A stretch of DNA of 64,000 bases from an uncultured Gemmatimonadaceae bacterium (GCA_963740355.1 CAVUDW010000002.1:1760001-1824000); one strand, 5' to 3'. Positions 33,192-43,303 are shown, numbered from the stretch's first letter. Program-made: numbers and translations. Notes: generated by a model from the sequence alone, not told the origin.

Positions 33192-34631
33192 TCAGGCCGC
33201 TACGCTGACACCGCTGAGCAGGTACGTCACGACCTCTGCTGCTGTGTAGTGTGTGCGGCCATCGAGAAAAGTCGCCAGGTGCAGCACGTCGTCACCGCTG
33301 GTCACGATGGCGGGCTCCGCTGTACCGTCGGCGCGCACCTGCGCCTCGCCAATGCCGGCACACAACGCGTTGCAGAGACACTGCCGATCGATGGTGTCCT
33401 CGATCGCACCGCCCTTCGCGACATACTGATCGACGGGTTCCGCGGCGCAGCGGTACATCACACGGCCGTCACTGTTCTTCACGGCTTCGCGCAAATAGCC
33501 GAGATCACAGAGACGATCGCGCGGTGCAATGCCGGTGCCGAAGCCATCCGTCGTCGTCACCACGATCTTGAACGGATACCCCGTCGGCGATGCACGTACA
33601 TCTGTGCGCACACGCAAGTGATTCCCCAGCGCGGCGTCGATCACCTCACGCTTGATCTCTGACGTGAAGCCTGACTCATCAGAGAACGCGAACAACGTAC
33701 CGACCTGGATGCCCGCTGCCCCTTCTGCGATGGCGTGTTCCAGCGCTTGCGGCGAACCCGCACCACCCGCGAGCCAGAACGGCAATCCGATCTCTCGCAG
33801 GGTTGCCAGGTCCACCACGTCACGCTCGCCGTAGATCGGCTCGCCCCGCTCATCGACCTTCAGCGCGCCACGCGGCGGCGCATTGTGCCCGCCGGCTGTC
33901 GGCCCTTCGATGATGAATCCATCCACCCGTCCGTTCGACTTGCGGGCCAGTGTCTGCGCCAGCGATCCAGCCGAAACGATGGGAAAGAACAACGGACGAT
34001 GCAGCGGTGTGTCCGCTTCAGGATTGATGGCGCGCGGATCGAAGGCCAACAACTCCGTCTGGCCACTCTCCAGCCCTGCAACATCGAAACGCAGCGAGAA
34101 AGCCTCATGCTTCGACAACGCATCGAGTGCGCCGGGAATTTCGCGGGGAATGCCTGCACCCATCAGCACCGCATCCACGTTGGCGAGCATCGCACCGTAC
34201 AACAACGGTAGCGTGGGCATCTGGATCTTCGTCAGCAGGTTGATGCCGACCATGCCATCGTGTCCCTCCTTCGCCAGCCACACCTCGACGAAAGCCGCCA
34301 GCACCGTGATCTGCTGCCGGGTCTCGGAGACGCGCTGGCGATAGACGGGGAGCAATCGATACGGCTCCGACGCACCGCGGCCGCCAGGCACGAAGAACTT
34401 CTCCATCACGTCCTCGACCACGGCGCGAATCGGGAAGTGCAGCATTGCACGCCGGACATGGCCACCTGGATCACCATCCTGAAGGCGCCGGACCATCACC
34501 GTGTCGATCGCGGTGCCGGAAACGACGCCGAGCTGGCCAAGGCGCGAGACGGCGCGCGCCAGGGTCCAGTTGGAGACGGCGATTCCCATTCCGCCCTGGA
34601 TGATGCGCGGAAGACGAGTTGATCCAGACAT
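33192..34631 (-). CDS. Nitronate monooxygenase/FabK-like FMN-dependent oxidoreductase with a Cys-rich C-terminal insert
   Basis: IIQGGMG, MGAG, EGPTAGGH, LAGG, GIQVGT and SPTGYP motifs. Confidence 0.88.
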   Translation of the reverse strand: MSGSTRLPRIIQGGMGIAVSNWTLARAVSRLGQLGVVSGTAIDTVMVRRLQDGDPGGHVRRAMLHFPIRAVVEDVMEKFFVPGGRGASEPYRLLPVYRQRVSETRQQITVLAAFVEVWLAKEGHDGMVGINLLTKIQMPTLPLLYGAMLANVDAVLMGAGIPREIPGALDALSKHEAFSLRFDVAGLESGQTELLAFDPRAINPEADTPLHRPLFFPIVSAGSLAQTLARKSNGRVDGFIIEGPTAGGHNAPPRGALKVDERGEPIYGERDVVDLATLREIGLPFWLAGGAGSPQALEHAIAEGAAGIQVGTLFAFSDESGFTSEIKREVIDAALGNHLRVRTDVRASPTGYPFKIVVTTTDGFGTGIAPRDRLCDLGYLREAVKNSDGRVMYRCAAEPVDQYVAKGGAIEDTIDRQCLCNALCAGIGEAQVRADGTAEPAIVTSGDDVLHLATFLDGRTHYTAAEVVTYLLSGVSVAA

Positions 34632-34755
34632 GGCTGCTCTCAGAAAGTCGGCGTCGCCACCATGGCGACCGCGTGATTCCCGGAGTGTAGGCCGACAGGG
34701 CAGGCGCGGGCATCCGACGATGCCTCACATCGTGTCAGGCAAACCCGCCCAGACG

Positions 34756-35076
34756 TCAAAGGGGGCAGGGTTTCGATCGCATCTCGTCAGCAGCCTTTTT
34801 CGCCGCCAGTGTCGCTTTCCGTTCAGGTGTGTAGGTCCACCATGGTGTGGCCGGCGCCCCTTCCATGAAGCGCACTGCGGCGATGAACACATCGATGCAG
34901 CAGGGATCGTGTCGCTGATTGGTGACGGCGCACAAGCGATCGTACAACGCGTACGGATCCTGGCCGATGATGGCGGCTGGCGACTCGAAACCGAGCACCT
35001 TGAAGTCGCCGGCCGTCGCCTTGCCGACATTCGGAATCTGCTCAAACCGGGTGTATTCGCTTCGATCTTCTGCCAT
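34756..35076 (-). CDS. Cdd1/mitomycin-resistance-like helix-hairpin-helix protein
   Basis: IPNVGKA, DPYALY..LC, DPCCIDVF and PWW motifs. In-frame ATG at 35076. Confidence 0.8.
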   Translation of the reverse strand: MAEDRSEYTRFEQIPNVGKATAGDFKVLGFESPAAIIGQDPYALYDRLCAVTNQRHDPCCIDVFIAAVRFMEGAPATPWWTYTPERKATLAAKKAADEMRSKPCPL

Positions 35077-35292
35077 CGATCCCTCGGCCGTGGGACTGTG
35101 CCGTCGCGCTCGGCCAGTCGGGTGACGCCACATCTGCGTCCGGCAAGGAACACACGATCACCGCTCCGGTCCACCCAGCCTGGCCGGTGATCCGAGTGTG
35201 CACAACGGTGGAGGGCTTCGTACCTTCGAGCCGATCCGCGGCCGGTGCCGCCGCCCCTCCGGCCGTTCAAACATCCCTTCGCCTCGCCCGCC

Positions 35293-38200
35293 ATGCGCCG
35301 CCCGATACTGCTCGTCTCTCTGGTGAGTTCCCTGGCCGCTGCGACGGCCGCAGCTCCCCTCGGGGCGCAGGCCGCCCGCGCCACGCTGATCGAGCCCTCC
35401 CTGTCGCCCGATGCGAAGGAGATCGTGTTTTCCTCCGGCGGCGACCTCTGGACCGTGCCCGCCGCCGGGGGCGATGCCCGCCTGCTGGTGTCGCATCCCG
35501 CCACGGAATCACGGCCGCTCTGGTCGCCTGACGGTACGCGCCTCGCCTTCATCAGCACGCGTAGCGGGAATGGCGACATCTACGTCCTGACGCTGGCCAC
35601 CGGAGCGCTGCAGCGCATCACCTTCGACGATGGTCTCGATCAACTCAGCGCCTGGTCGCGGGATGGGCAGTGGCTCTGGTTCAGCTCCTCGAGCCGCGAC
35701 ATCGCCGGCATGAGCGACGTGTATCGCGTGCCGAGCAGCGGCGGCACGCCGATGATCGTCGCGGGCGACCGATATGCAAGTGAGTATTGGCCCGCGCCAT
35801 CGCGTGACGGCCGTCGCATTGCCATCACTGCCCGCGGCACCACCTCTGCGCAATGGTGGCGGCGCGGACATTCGCACCTCGACGAAAGCGAACTGTGGGT
35901 CGTGTCGCTGGCCGGCGAGACCCCGACGTACACCGCCGTCAGTCGCGGCGGTGATGGGAAGGACCAGTGGCCGATGTGGAGCGCGGATGAGAGCTCGCTG
36001 TTTTATGTCCGTGACACCGCCGGCGTCGAGAATCTCTGGAGTCGGCCGGTGGCAGGCGGAGCCCCGCGTCGCATGACACAGTTCAGCAATGGGCGTGTGC
36101 TCTGGCCATCGATGTCGGCGGATGGCAGCGCGATCGTCTTCGAGCGCGATTTCGGGATCTGGCACTACGATGTCGCCACCAGCCAGGCCCGCGCCGTGAG
36201 CATCACGTTGCGCGGCACGCCGGCGGTGTCGGACGCGGATCGTCTTTCCATCACGACTGGGGCCAGTGCCCTCGTGATCTCGCCGGACGGTCGCAAGGTG
36301 GCGTTCACGGCGCGTGGTGATGTCTGGGTCACCGGCGCCAAGGACGGTGGCGAGGCGGTGCGCATCTCGACCAATGCCGGCCCAGACGTCGAGCCGATCT
36401 GGCTCGCCGACAGTCGTCGGATCGTCTACAGCAGCAAGCGCGGTGACAACTGGCGGCTGGTGAGAGCGGATGTCGTCTCGCGAGAGGAAACATTGCTCAC
36501 CGCCGGTGGCATCGATGGTGGTGCGACACTCTCGCGTGATGGGCGCCGCATCGCGTATCAGCATGACGGCAACAGCATTCGTGTGATCGACGTCGACGGC
36601 TCCAATGACCGTCAGGTGGCCACGGGGCATTTTGGTGTACCGCCGTTCTTTGCGGGCCGCGAAATTGCCTGGTCACCGGATAATGCCTGGATCGCTTTTC
36701 TCAGCACCGAGGACAAGGGCTTCACGAACGTGTACGTCGTACCGAGTGCCGGTGGTGAGAAGCGTCCGGTCAGCTTCCTTGGCAACTCGTTCGCGAGCTC
36801 GGTGATCTGGAGCAACGACGGGCAATTCCTGCTCTACGACACCAGCCAGCGCACCGAACAATCGTCACTGGTGCGTATCGACCTCGTGCCGCGTACGCCG
36901 CGCTTTCGCGAAGATCAGTTCCGCGACCTGTTCGCGGCACCGCCCGCGCGCGATACCGCTCGCCCTGCGGCGCCACGCGATAGCAGTGTTCGCGATTCGG
37001 CACGCGCGCGCCCGTCAGCGGCCCGGAAGACGGATATCACCTGGGAGGGTATTCGGCAGCGCGCAAGTGTCGTGCTGACCGGCTTCTCACTTGCCGACCT
37101 GTCGTCTGACGGCAAGACGCTGCTGTTGCAGGCGCAGTTCGCGGGGCTGCCGAGTCTCTATACCTACTCGATCGATCCGCTGGCCACCGAACCTGCCGTG
37201 CCGAAGCAGGTCACGACGTCGCCCGGCTTCAAGTCGAGCGTGCAATACTCGCCTGACGGCAAGGAACTCTGGTTCACCGAGGCCGGTCGGATTTCCGTGG
37301 TCACGGTGGACAATCGCGCGGTGCGCACGGTCGCATTCCGCGGGGATCGCGATCTCGATCCGGCGGCGGAGCGTGTCGCGGCCTTCGAGGAAGGGTGGGC
37401 CTATCAGCGCGACGCGTTCTACGATCCGAAGATGCATGGCGCCGATTGGAGTGGTGTGCGTGCACGATTCGCCCCGCAAGTCAGCGGCGCGCGGACGGCC
37501 GACGAATTCCGTCGCCTGATGAACCTGATGGTCGGCGAACTGAACGCATCTCATTCGGGCGCCAGTGGTCCGGCCGCACAGGCGCCATTCACTGGTCGCA
37601 TCGGTGCACGATTCAATCGCGCCGCGTACGATGCCACCGGCCGATACGTGTTGAGCGAGATCATCGCGCAGTCTCCATTGGCATCGGCCACTGACGTGAA
37701 GGTCGGTGAGGCGATCGTCGCCATCAACGGTGTGCGCCTCACGCGCACCGCAAACCTCGACTCGCTCCTCGCATATACCACCGACAAGCGCGTCTCACTC
37801 CGCGTTGCAAGCAGTGCGAACGTCGAACGCGACGTGTCGCTGCGCCCAGTGAACACGGCGACCGAGAAGGGGTTGCTCTACCGCCAGTGGGTGGAGGAGC
37901 GGCGCGCCTACGTGGCCAAGGCGAGTAACGGCCGACTCGGCTACGTGCACCTCTTCGACATGGGGCAGGGGTCGCTCGATCAGCTGTTCCTCGACCTCGA
38001 TGCCGAGAATCAGGGTCGCGAGGGGATTGTGGTCGACGTTCGCAACAACAACGGCGGCTTCGTGAACGCCTACGCGCTCGATGTGTTCGCACGTCGGCCG
38101 TACATGACCATGACGACGCGTGGCCAACCGAGTGCGCCAGCGCGCCTGCAGCTCGGCCAACGCTCGTTCGACCGGCCAGCAGTGCTGGTCACCAACCAGC

Positions 38201-38493
38201 ACTCACTTTCCGACGCCGAGGATTTCACCGAGGGCTGGCGTGCGCTGAAGCTGGGTCCAGTGATTGGTGAACCCACGGCCGGATGGATCATCTACACCTC
38301 CGGCGCGCAGCTAGTGGATGGGACGGCCTTGCGCATGCCGTTCATCCGGATCCAGGGCGCTGATGGCAAGGACATGGAGCTCGTGCCGCGCCCGGTCGAC
38401 AAGCTGGTGGTTCGACCGGTCGGCGAGGCGTACGGCGGCAAGGATTCGCAGCTCGACGCGGCGGTGTCCGACCTGCTCAGTCGCTTGCGCTGA
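35293..38493 (+). CDS. Tricorn-type S41 protease (TolB-like/PD40 repeats, PDZ, S41 domain)
   Basis: Signal peptide, repeated P.WSPDG..., GELNASH, LGYVH, VDVRNNNGG and SDAE (catalytic Ser). Confidence 0.93.
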   Translation: MRRPILLVSLVSSLAAATAAAPLGAQAARATLIEPSLSPDAKEIVFSSGGDLWTVPAAGGDARLLVSHPATESRPLWSPDGTRLAFISTRSGNGDIYVLTLATGALQRITFDDGLDQLSAWSRDGQWLWFSSSSRDIAGMSDVYRVPSSGGTPMIVAGDRYASEYWPAPSRDGRRIAITARGTTSAQWWRRGHSHLDESELWVVSLAGETPTYTAVSRGGDGKDQWPMWSADESSLFYVRDTAGVENLWSRPVAGGAPRRMTQFSNGRVLWPSMSADGSAIVFERDFGIWHYDVATSQARAVSITLRGTPAVSDADRLSITTGASALVISPDGRKVAFTARGDVWVTGAKDGGEAVRISTNAGPDVEPIWLADSRRIVYSSKRGDNWRLVRADVVSREETLLTAGGIDGGATLSRDGRRIAYQHDGNSIRVIDVDGSNDRQVATGHFGVPPFFAGREIAWSPDNAWIAFLSTEDKGFTNVYVVPSAGGEKRPVSFLGNSFASSVIWSNDGQFLLYDTSQRTEQSSLVRIDLVPRTPRFREDQFRDLFAAPPARDTARPAAPRDSSVRDSARARPSAARKTDITWEGIRQRASVVLTGFSLADLSSDGKTLLLQAQFAGLPSLYTYSIDPLATEPAVPKQVTTSPGFKSSVQYSPDGKELWFTEAGRISVVTVDNRAVRTVAFRGDRDLDPAAERVAAFEEGWAYQRDAFYDPKMHGADWSGVRARFAPQVSGARTADEFRRLMNLMVGELNASHSGASGPAAQAPFTGRIGARFNRAAYDATGRYVLSEIIAQSPLASATDVKVGEAIVAINGVRLTRTANLDSLLAYTTDKRVSLRVASSANVERDVSLRPVNTATEKGLLYRQWVEERRAYVAKASNGRLGYVHLFDMGQGSLDQLFLDLDAENQGREGIVVDVRNNNGGFVNAYALDVFARRPYMTMTTRGQPSAPARLQLGQRSFDRPAVLVTNQHSLSDAEDFTEGWRALKLGPVIGEPTAGWIIYTSGAQLVDGTALRMPFIRIQGADGKDMELVPRPVDKLVVRPVGEAYGGKDSQLDAAVSDLLSRLR

Positions 38494-38523
38494 CCGGCGG
38501 ATCGGGCCATCCGGCGCGGCGCG

Positions 38524-39699
38524 TTACGGCTTGACCGTGCGCGCCGCGCTCGATGTCAGGCGTCGGATGAGCGACGTCTCGGTGGTGTCGTACGGCGTGC
38601 CGTTGGTCTGGAAGACATCGTGGAACCACACCGGAGGCGGAGCGGTGTATTCGCGCTGCCAGGTATCCCACGGGTAGATCGTCTGCGATCGCCCGTTCAC
38701 GAAGCCCCAGTTGATCGCGCCGACTTTCTGCTCGGCGAACCAGGGCAAGTGTGTCGCGAAGGTGCTGCCCGTTGGACGCGCCATGTATTCCGAGGCGATG
38801 ATCGGCTTGCCGTAGTGGCGAAGCGCCGCCACCAGCTGCTGCGTGCGGGGCAGGGCATCGTAGCTGTGGAACGTGATCACATCCGATTGTTCGAACATCA
38901 TCTTCGAGATGGGCAGGATGCGTGCGGCGTCGTCGTAGTCACCCTTCCACGGCGCTGCCGTGAGCGGCTGTGTGGCGTCGGCCTCGCGCGCCCACTGAAA
39001 GGTCCGCAGCACGAGCTTGTGCGCGAACACTTCCTTGTTGCGCGGTTCGAACATGAAGTACGCCGGCCGATTGATGTTGTCCGGCTCGTTGAAGATGTCC
39101 CATGCGAGGACTCGCCGGTCACGCGCGAATCGCCGCACCACGCCCTGCACGTAGGGCCGCAGCGCGTCGTGGTGCAGGGTATCGGTGAGGGCCTTCACGC
39201 CGGGGCTCTGCACCCACACCGAGTTGTGCACGAAGGGATACGGTTCGCGCTGCGGACCGGTGTGGGGGAATGGATCCCAGACGCCGTCGAACAGCACGAA
39301 CATCGGCCGGATGTGATGCTTCGAAGCGATCGCGAGGAAGCTGTCCATCCGCTTCAGGAAGCCCGTCGAATCCTGCGTCCACAACAGGTCGTGCAGGAAC
39401 ACGCGCATCGTGTTCATCCCGATCGACTCGGCCCACCCCAGTTCGCGATCGATGGTGACCGGGTCCCACGTTTTGGCCTGCCACATCTCCAGCTGGTTGC
39501 TCGCAGTGCTCGGTACGTAGTTCGCGCCAACAAGCCAGCCGGCGCTATCGGCCCATGCCGTCGCGCGGGCCGGCGACCAGATCGCGCGGCTGGCGGCTGT
39601 TGCACGCTGGGCTGACGCACTGGCGCTGGCGATGCCGACGAGCATCACGGCGGAAAGAGACTGACGCGCAATGGCGCGCGTCCGGGTTACGAAGCGCAT
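38524..39699 (-). CDS. Secreted clan GH-A glycoside hydrolase (GH5-like)
   Basis: Signal peptide, G.N.MRVFL, WDIFNEP (acid/base Glu), TFHSY, SEY (nucleophile Glu) and NWGF. Confidence 0.85.
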   Translation of the reverse strand: MRFVTRTRAIARQSLSAVMLVGIASASASAQRATAASRAIWSPARATAWADSAGWLVGANYVPSTASNQLEMWQAKTWDPVTIDRELGWAESIGMNTMRVFLHDLLWTQDSTGFLKRMDSFLAIASKHHIRPMFVLFDGVWDPFPHTGPQREPYPFVHNSVWVQSPGVKALTDTLHHDALRPYVQGVVRRFARDRRVLAWDIFNEPDNINRPAYFMFEPRNKEVFAHKLVLRTFQWAREADATQPLTAAPWKGDYDDAARILPISKMMFEQSDVITFHSYDALPRTQQLVAALRHYGKPIIASEYMARPTGSTFATHLPWFAEQKVGAINWGFVNGRSQTIYPWDTWQREYTAPPPVWFHDVFQTNGTPYDTTETSLIRRLTSSAARTVKP

Positions 39700-39830
39700 G
39701 TTCGCACAGGTCCGGGAGTATGGGAAAAGCGACTCGCGGAAACTGCGGGGTGGACCACGCTGCGTGGAGTGCGGCACCGGAACGGGCATCTGACATTTTC
39801 ACCAGACTGCGGCGCCGTGGGGCGTCGGCA

Positions 39831-41645
39831 CTACGGCTTTCGCGGCTGTGCCTGGATTGTGCCCGGATGCGGGGTGTACCCGGTGCCGGGCCGGAGACTG
39901 AATTCGCCTGTCTCACGTGCCGAGAGGCCCTGCGTCGTGTCGCTCACGGCGAGCTCGATCGTGAACCGCGCGCCGCCCCTCGGCGCATCGTCCACGGCGA
40001 TGGTGCCGTCATGCATCACGATCAGGTTCCGCACCACCGCCAGGCCGATGCCGCTGCCACCAGTCGTGCCCTGATCACCGAGGCGCACGAAGGGCTGCCA
40101 CATGCGATTGCGATCGCCGTGCTTGATGCCGGGTCCTTCGTCGGTCACCACGATGCGCGCCACGGAGCCGATCCGTTCGAGGTCGATGCGAACCGTCTGA
40201 CCGGCGGGGCCGTACTTGAGCGCATTGTCGAGCAGGTTGACCACCACCTGCCGCATCGCGCGCGGGTCCACGAGGCTGAAGATTCGCGACGGGGCGTCTA
40301 CCACGATGTGCATCCGCTGCTGCACGGCGAGCGGCACGTACCCTTCCGCGATCTCCTCGATCAGTTCACCAAGATCCGTGCGCTCGCGCTCGAGCTTCGT
40401 GCGATCGGCATCGATGTGCGAGAAGAGCAGGATGTTCTCCACCAGGTCGCCGAGGCGTCGCGCTTCGCGCCCGATGATGTTGAGCCAGCGCGTACGCTCC
40501 TCCTCATCCTGCTCGCGGCGCAGCAGGAGCGTTTCGGTGAACATGCGAATCTGGGCCAGAGGCGTGCGCAGCTCGTGCGACACACTGGCGACGAAATCAC
40601 GCCGCGCGCGTGTCAGGCGTTGTTCACGCCACAGTCCGAAGCCGGCCAGCATCGCCAGCAGGAGTGCCACAGTGGGAAGCATCGCCTCGAGGGGAATTCG
40701 CACGGTGTGGATCGTGCCGCCCATTTCATAGGTGATGAAAGGGGCATCGCGCGTGGCCTGCAGCGAGTGACGAATCGACGCCAGCAGCGCCGGATGCAGC
40801 GTCTCGATGGCGCTGAATGCGCCGGTACCGGTGTTGAACGTGAACTTGCCCTCGACGCTGCCGGGGAACGGCGGCCTCGAGTCGTAGATCACGCGGCCAT
40901 TCACGTCGACGAGCCGGATGGCCACCAACGAGTCGGAATGGGACGCATCCAGCCCGAAGCGATACTGCGGATCGATGAAGGTTCCTGGCAGCAGCGGCAA
41001 CTCGCGCATCACGGCATCACCAACCGACTTCCATCCACGGCGCCGCGAATAGACGAAGCCGTAGTGTGCGACTTCATTGCCCGCGGCATCGTGCAGGGTG
41101 GCCAGGCCGAGCGTGAGCGGCTCCGGCTCATTCACCATCATCCACGCCATCGGCTCGATGCGGCTGTCGCTCGGAACTGGCCGCGTCAGGATCAGCTCCC
41201 GGATCCGGTTCCGGATGCGCTCCGACGCCGCAGCACCCGTCCCTTCGATTGCTCGCGACTTCGCGTCGAGCCGGAAGAAGCCTCGATTGGGATCGTCGAT
41301 CGCGAAGCCGATCTGGTCCATCGTCTCGCGTGCGTGTGCAGCAAAATTCTCGAGCGAAGGCGGCCGCTGCCCAGGGAGCACACGCGTGCCGTAGATCGAC
41401 GAGAGAATGCGCATGCGCGCACTCTCGAACAGGTAATACCCACGATCACCGAAGAGCCGCGCCCCGAGGCTCGCGTATTCACGAATCGCATCATCCGCGA
41501 CACGACGACGCTGACCGGTCAGGCGAAGGAAGGCGCTCGTGCTGAGTAGCGTGAGCGCCAGCATCAGGAGCAGCAGGGCACCAAACCCGAGTGTCGTGAA
41601 GCTTGGCAGGTGCCAGCGTCGACGCAGGCGGTCGAGTGACCTCAT
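39831..41645 (-). CDS. Membrane sensor histidine kinase
   Basis: Two TM helices, HisKA VSHELRTPL, N-box NLLDNALKY, and G boxes DEGPGI and GSGIGL. Confidence 0.93.
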   Translation of the reverse strand: MRSLDRLRRRWHLPSFTTLGFGALLLLMLALTLLSTSAFLRLTGQRRRVADDAIREYASLGARLFGDRGYYLFESARMRILSSIYGTRVLPGQRPPSLENFAAHARETMDQIGFAIDDPNRGFFRLDAKSRAIEGTGAAASERIRNRIRELILTRPVPSDSRIEPMAWMMVNEPEPLTLGLATLHDAAGNEVAHYGFVYSRRRGWKSVGDAVMRELPLLPGTFIDPQYRFGLDASHSDSLVAIRLVDVNGRVIYDSRPPFPGSVEGKFTFNTGTGAFSAIETLHPALLASIRHSLQATRDAPFITYEMGGTIHTVRIPLEAMLPTVALLLAMLAGFGLWREQRLTRARRDFVASVSHELRTPLAQIRMFTETLLLRREQDEEERTRWLNIIGREARRLGDLVENILLFSHIDADRTKLERERTDLGELIEEIAEGYVPLAVQQRMHIVVDAPSRIFSLVDPRAMRQVVVNLLDNALKYGPAGQTVRIDLERIGSVARIVVTDEGPGIKHGDRNRMWQPFVRLGDQGTTGGSGIGLAVVRNLIVMHDGTIAVDDAPRGGARFTIELAVSDTTQGLSARETGEFSLRPGTGYTPHPGTIQAQPRKP

Positions 41646-42250
41646 GCCTGACCGCGCAGGATCGCCCCCACCCGTGCCCGCGTCGACGCACCCAGCTTGA
41701 ACAACACCTGCTCGGTGTGATTCCTGGCGGTGTACGTGCTCAGGCCCAGCGCCTCCGCGATCTCGGCGTTCGACATGCCCTGCGCCAGCAGGCGCGAGAC
41801 CTCGACCTGGCGATCGGTGAGACCAAAACGCGACTGCAGTTCCTCGTCCCGCAGGCCGCTCACCGTGGCCGTGGCGGTCGCTTCACCGGTGCCGCGCCGA
41901 AGATGGGCTCCGATGCGAGCCATCAACTCCACTACGCCAAACGGCTTGGTGACGTAGTCGTCGGCGCCGAGGCGGAAACCTTTCACCTTGTCGGACTCGA
42001 GGCCACGCGCGCTGAGGATCAACACCGGCGAGTGCACGCCACGGTTGCGCATCTCTTCGAGGACGAAGTAGCCATCACGATCCGGCAGCCCCAGGTCGAG
42101 CAGGACCAGGTCTGGCGTTTCCTGCGCGGTCGATTCGAGGGCCGCCTTGGCACACGCGGCCACCGCGACGCGGTGCCCCTCGTGCTCGAGGTTCCGCTTC
42201 AGCCCACTCGCCAGGTCCACGTTGTCTTCGACGATCAGGATGCGCTTCAT
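41642..42250 (-). CDS. Response regulator: OmpR-type receiver fused to a LuxR-type HTH
   Basis: ILIVED, LLDLGLP and GADDYVTKPF in the receiver. The C-terminus reads LTDRQ.EV..LLAQGMSNAEIA..L.LS..T..NH. ATGA overlap with the kinase gene. Confidence 0.9.
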   Translation of the reverse strand: MKRILIVEDNVDLASGLKRNLEHEGHRVAVAACAKAALESTAQETPDLVLLDLGLPDRDGYFVLEEMRNRGVHSPVLILSARGLESDKVKGFRLGADDYVTKPFGVVELMARIGAHLRRGTGEATATATVSGLRDEELQSRFGLTDRQVEVSRLLAQGMSNAEIAEALGLSTYTARNHTEQVLFKLGASTRARVGAILRGQA

Positions 42251-42308
42251 GGTCAGCTCGGAATCTGGCATCGGGAAGGGGAGCGTGCGACTGAACGTGC
42301 ACCCGGCG

Positions 42309-42350
42309 GGGGAGGCGGGCGTGGGTGGTTTGACCCATGCCCGCCTCCCC
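42309..42350. terminator. Strong hairpin between the DUF5602-like gene and the response regulator
   Basis: 18-bp near-perfect stem GGGGAGGCGGGCGTGGGT / ACCCATGCCCGCCTCCCC. Confidence 0.7.
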
Positions 42351-42397
42351 GTGTGTATCGAGCGGCTACCCGGCCATATGGGGAGCCCCGGCTGGAC

Positions 42398-43303
42398 TTA
42401 CTGGCGAGCCGTCAGGCCTTCGAGCGTGATCCGGTATTCCTTGGCCTGGGCGTCGTACTTCACCGAGTACGCGGTGGGGTAGGTGCCGGGTTTCGCGACC
42501 TTGGTGGCCACGCCGACGGGCATCGTGACGCCGTTCGGCATCGTCTTCACCGACTCGATGAACGCCTTGGTGATCATCGGCTCGGCGAAGATGAACTTCC
42601 CGTCATAGGTGCCGTAGAGGAACGTGGTCGTGAACATGTGCCCTGCCGGCGGCGGCTGCAGTTCGGGCGACGAGACATCCAGCCAGTGCACACCCATGAA
42701 CGGAACCGCGGCGGCCGCTGCCGGGATGTTGGCCACGACCGAGGCCGCAGCGTAGCCCGCCGGCACATACTCAGCACTTGGGAAGATCGCCGACTTGGCC
42801 GCGAACTGTGGATTCGATGGCACGATCGACTCGCGTTCGGCCGACGTGATCTGGTAGAAGTGGAAGTCGAAGTGCGGGTGCGTGTACACCTGATCCGGCT
42901 CATGCCCCATCGGATTCCAATCGAGCATCACGTGATCGAATCCCGTTGCGCCGGAGTTGGCCGGCAGGTCCAGCACCAGCATCGCCGCCGACGGCATGCC
43001 GGGCATCGGCGTCATCGGCAGGCCCTGCATCGCCGCTTCCGTCATGGCGATGCCCAGCGCCACGGGCTTGCCGGAATCATCGCGCGTGAGGAAGGTGCGC
43101 GCGGTACCTTGGCCAAGGGCTTGTGCCGTGCCGAACGTGGTGCGTGCGCTGGCCGGTGACGTCGTGTCATTGGAGCAGGCCGTGGCGCTGCTGGCGATCA
43201 TCGCGGCCGACAGCACCGCGGTCATGCGACGCGGCACTTGATGCGTCAGAACAGTCGAACCATTGAACAACTTGTCGATGGCAGTGGAAAAGATGCGAGA
43301 CAT
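42398..43303 (-). CDS. DUF5602/TTHB210-like lipoprotein
   Basis: Lipobox-like TAC, plus DWNP.GHEP, PHFDFHFY, MGVHW and F.EPMIT motifs. Start uncertain. Confidence 0.72.
   Translation of the reverse strand: MSRIFSTAIDKLFNGSTVLTHQVPRRMTAVLSAAMIASSATACSNDTTSPASARTTFGTAQALGQGTARTFLTRDDSGKPVALGIAMTEAAMQGLPMTPMPGMPSAAMLVLDLPANSGATGFDHVMLDWNPMGHEPDQVYTHPHFDFHFYQITSAERESIVPSNPQFAAKSAIFPSAEYVPAGYAAASVVANIPAAAAAVPFMGVHWLDVSSPELQPPPAGHMFTTTFLYGTYDGKFIFAEPMITKAFIESVKTMPNGVTMPVGVATKVAKPGTYPTAYSVKYDAQAKEYRITLEGLTARQ

Noticed and set aside
39555..43159. 664-aa and 518-aa plus-strand ORFs
   Set aside because: Antisense to the kinase, regulator and lipoprotein genes. Arg/His-rich shadow-frame composition.
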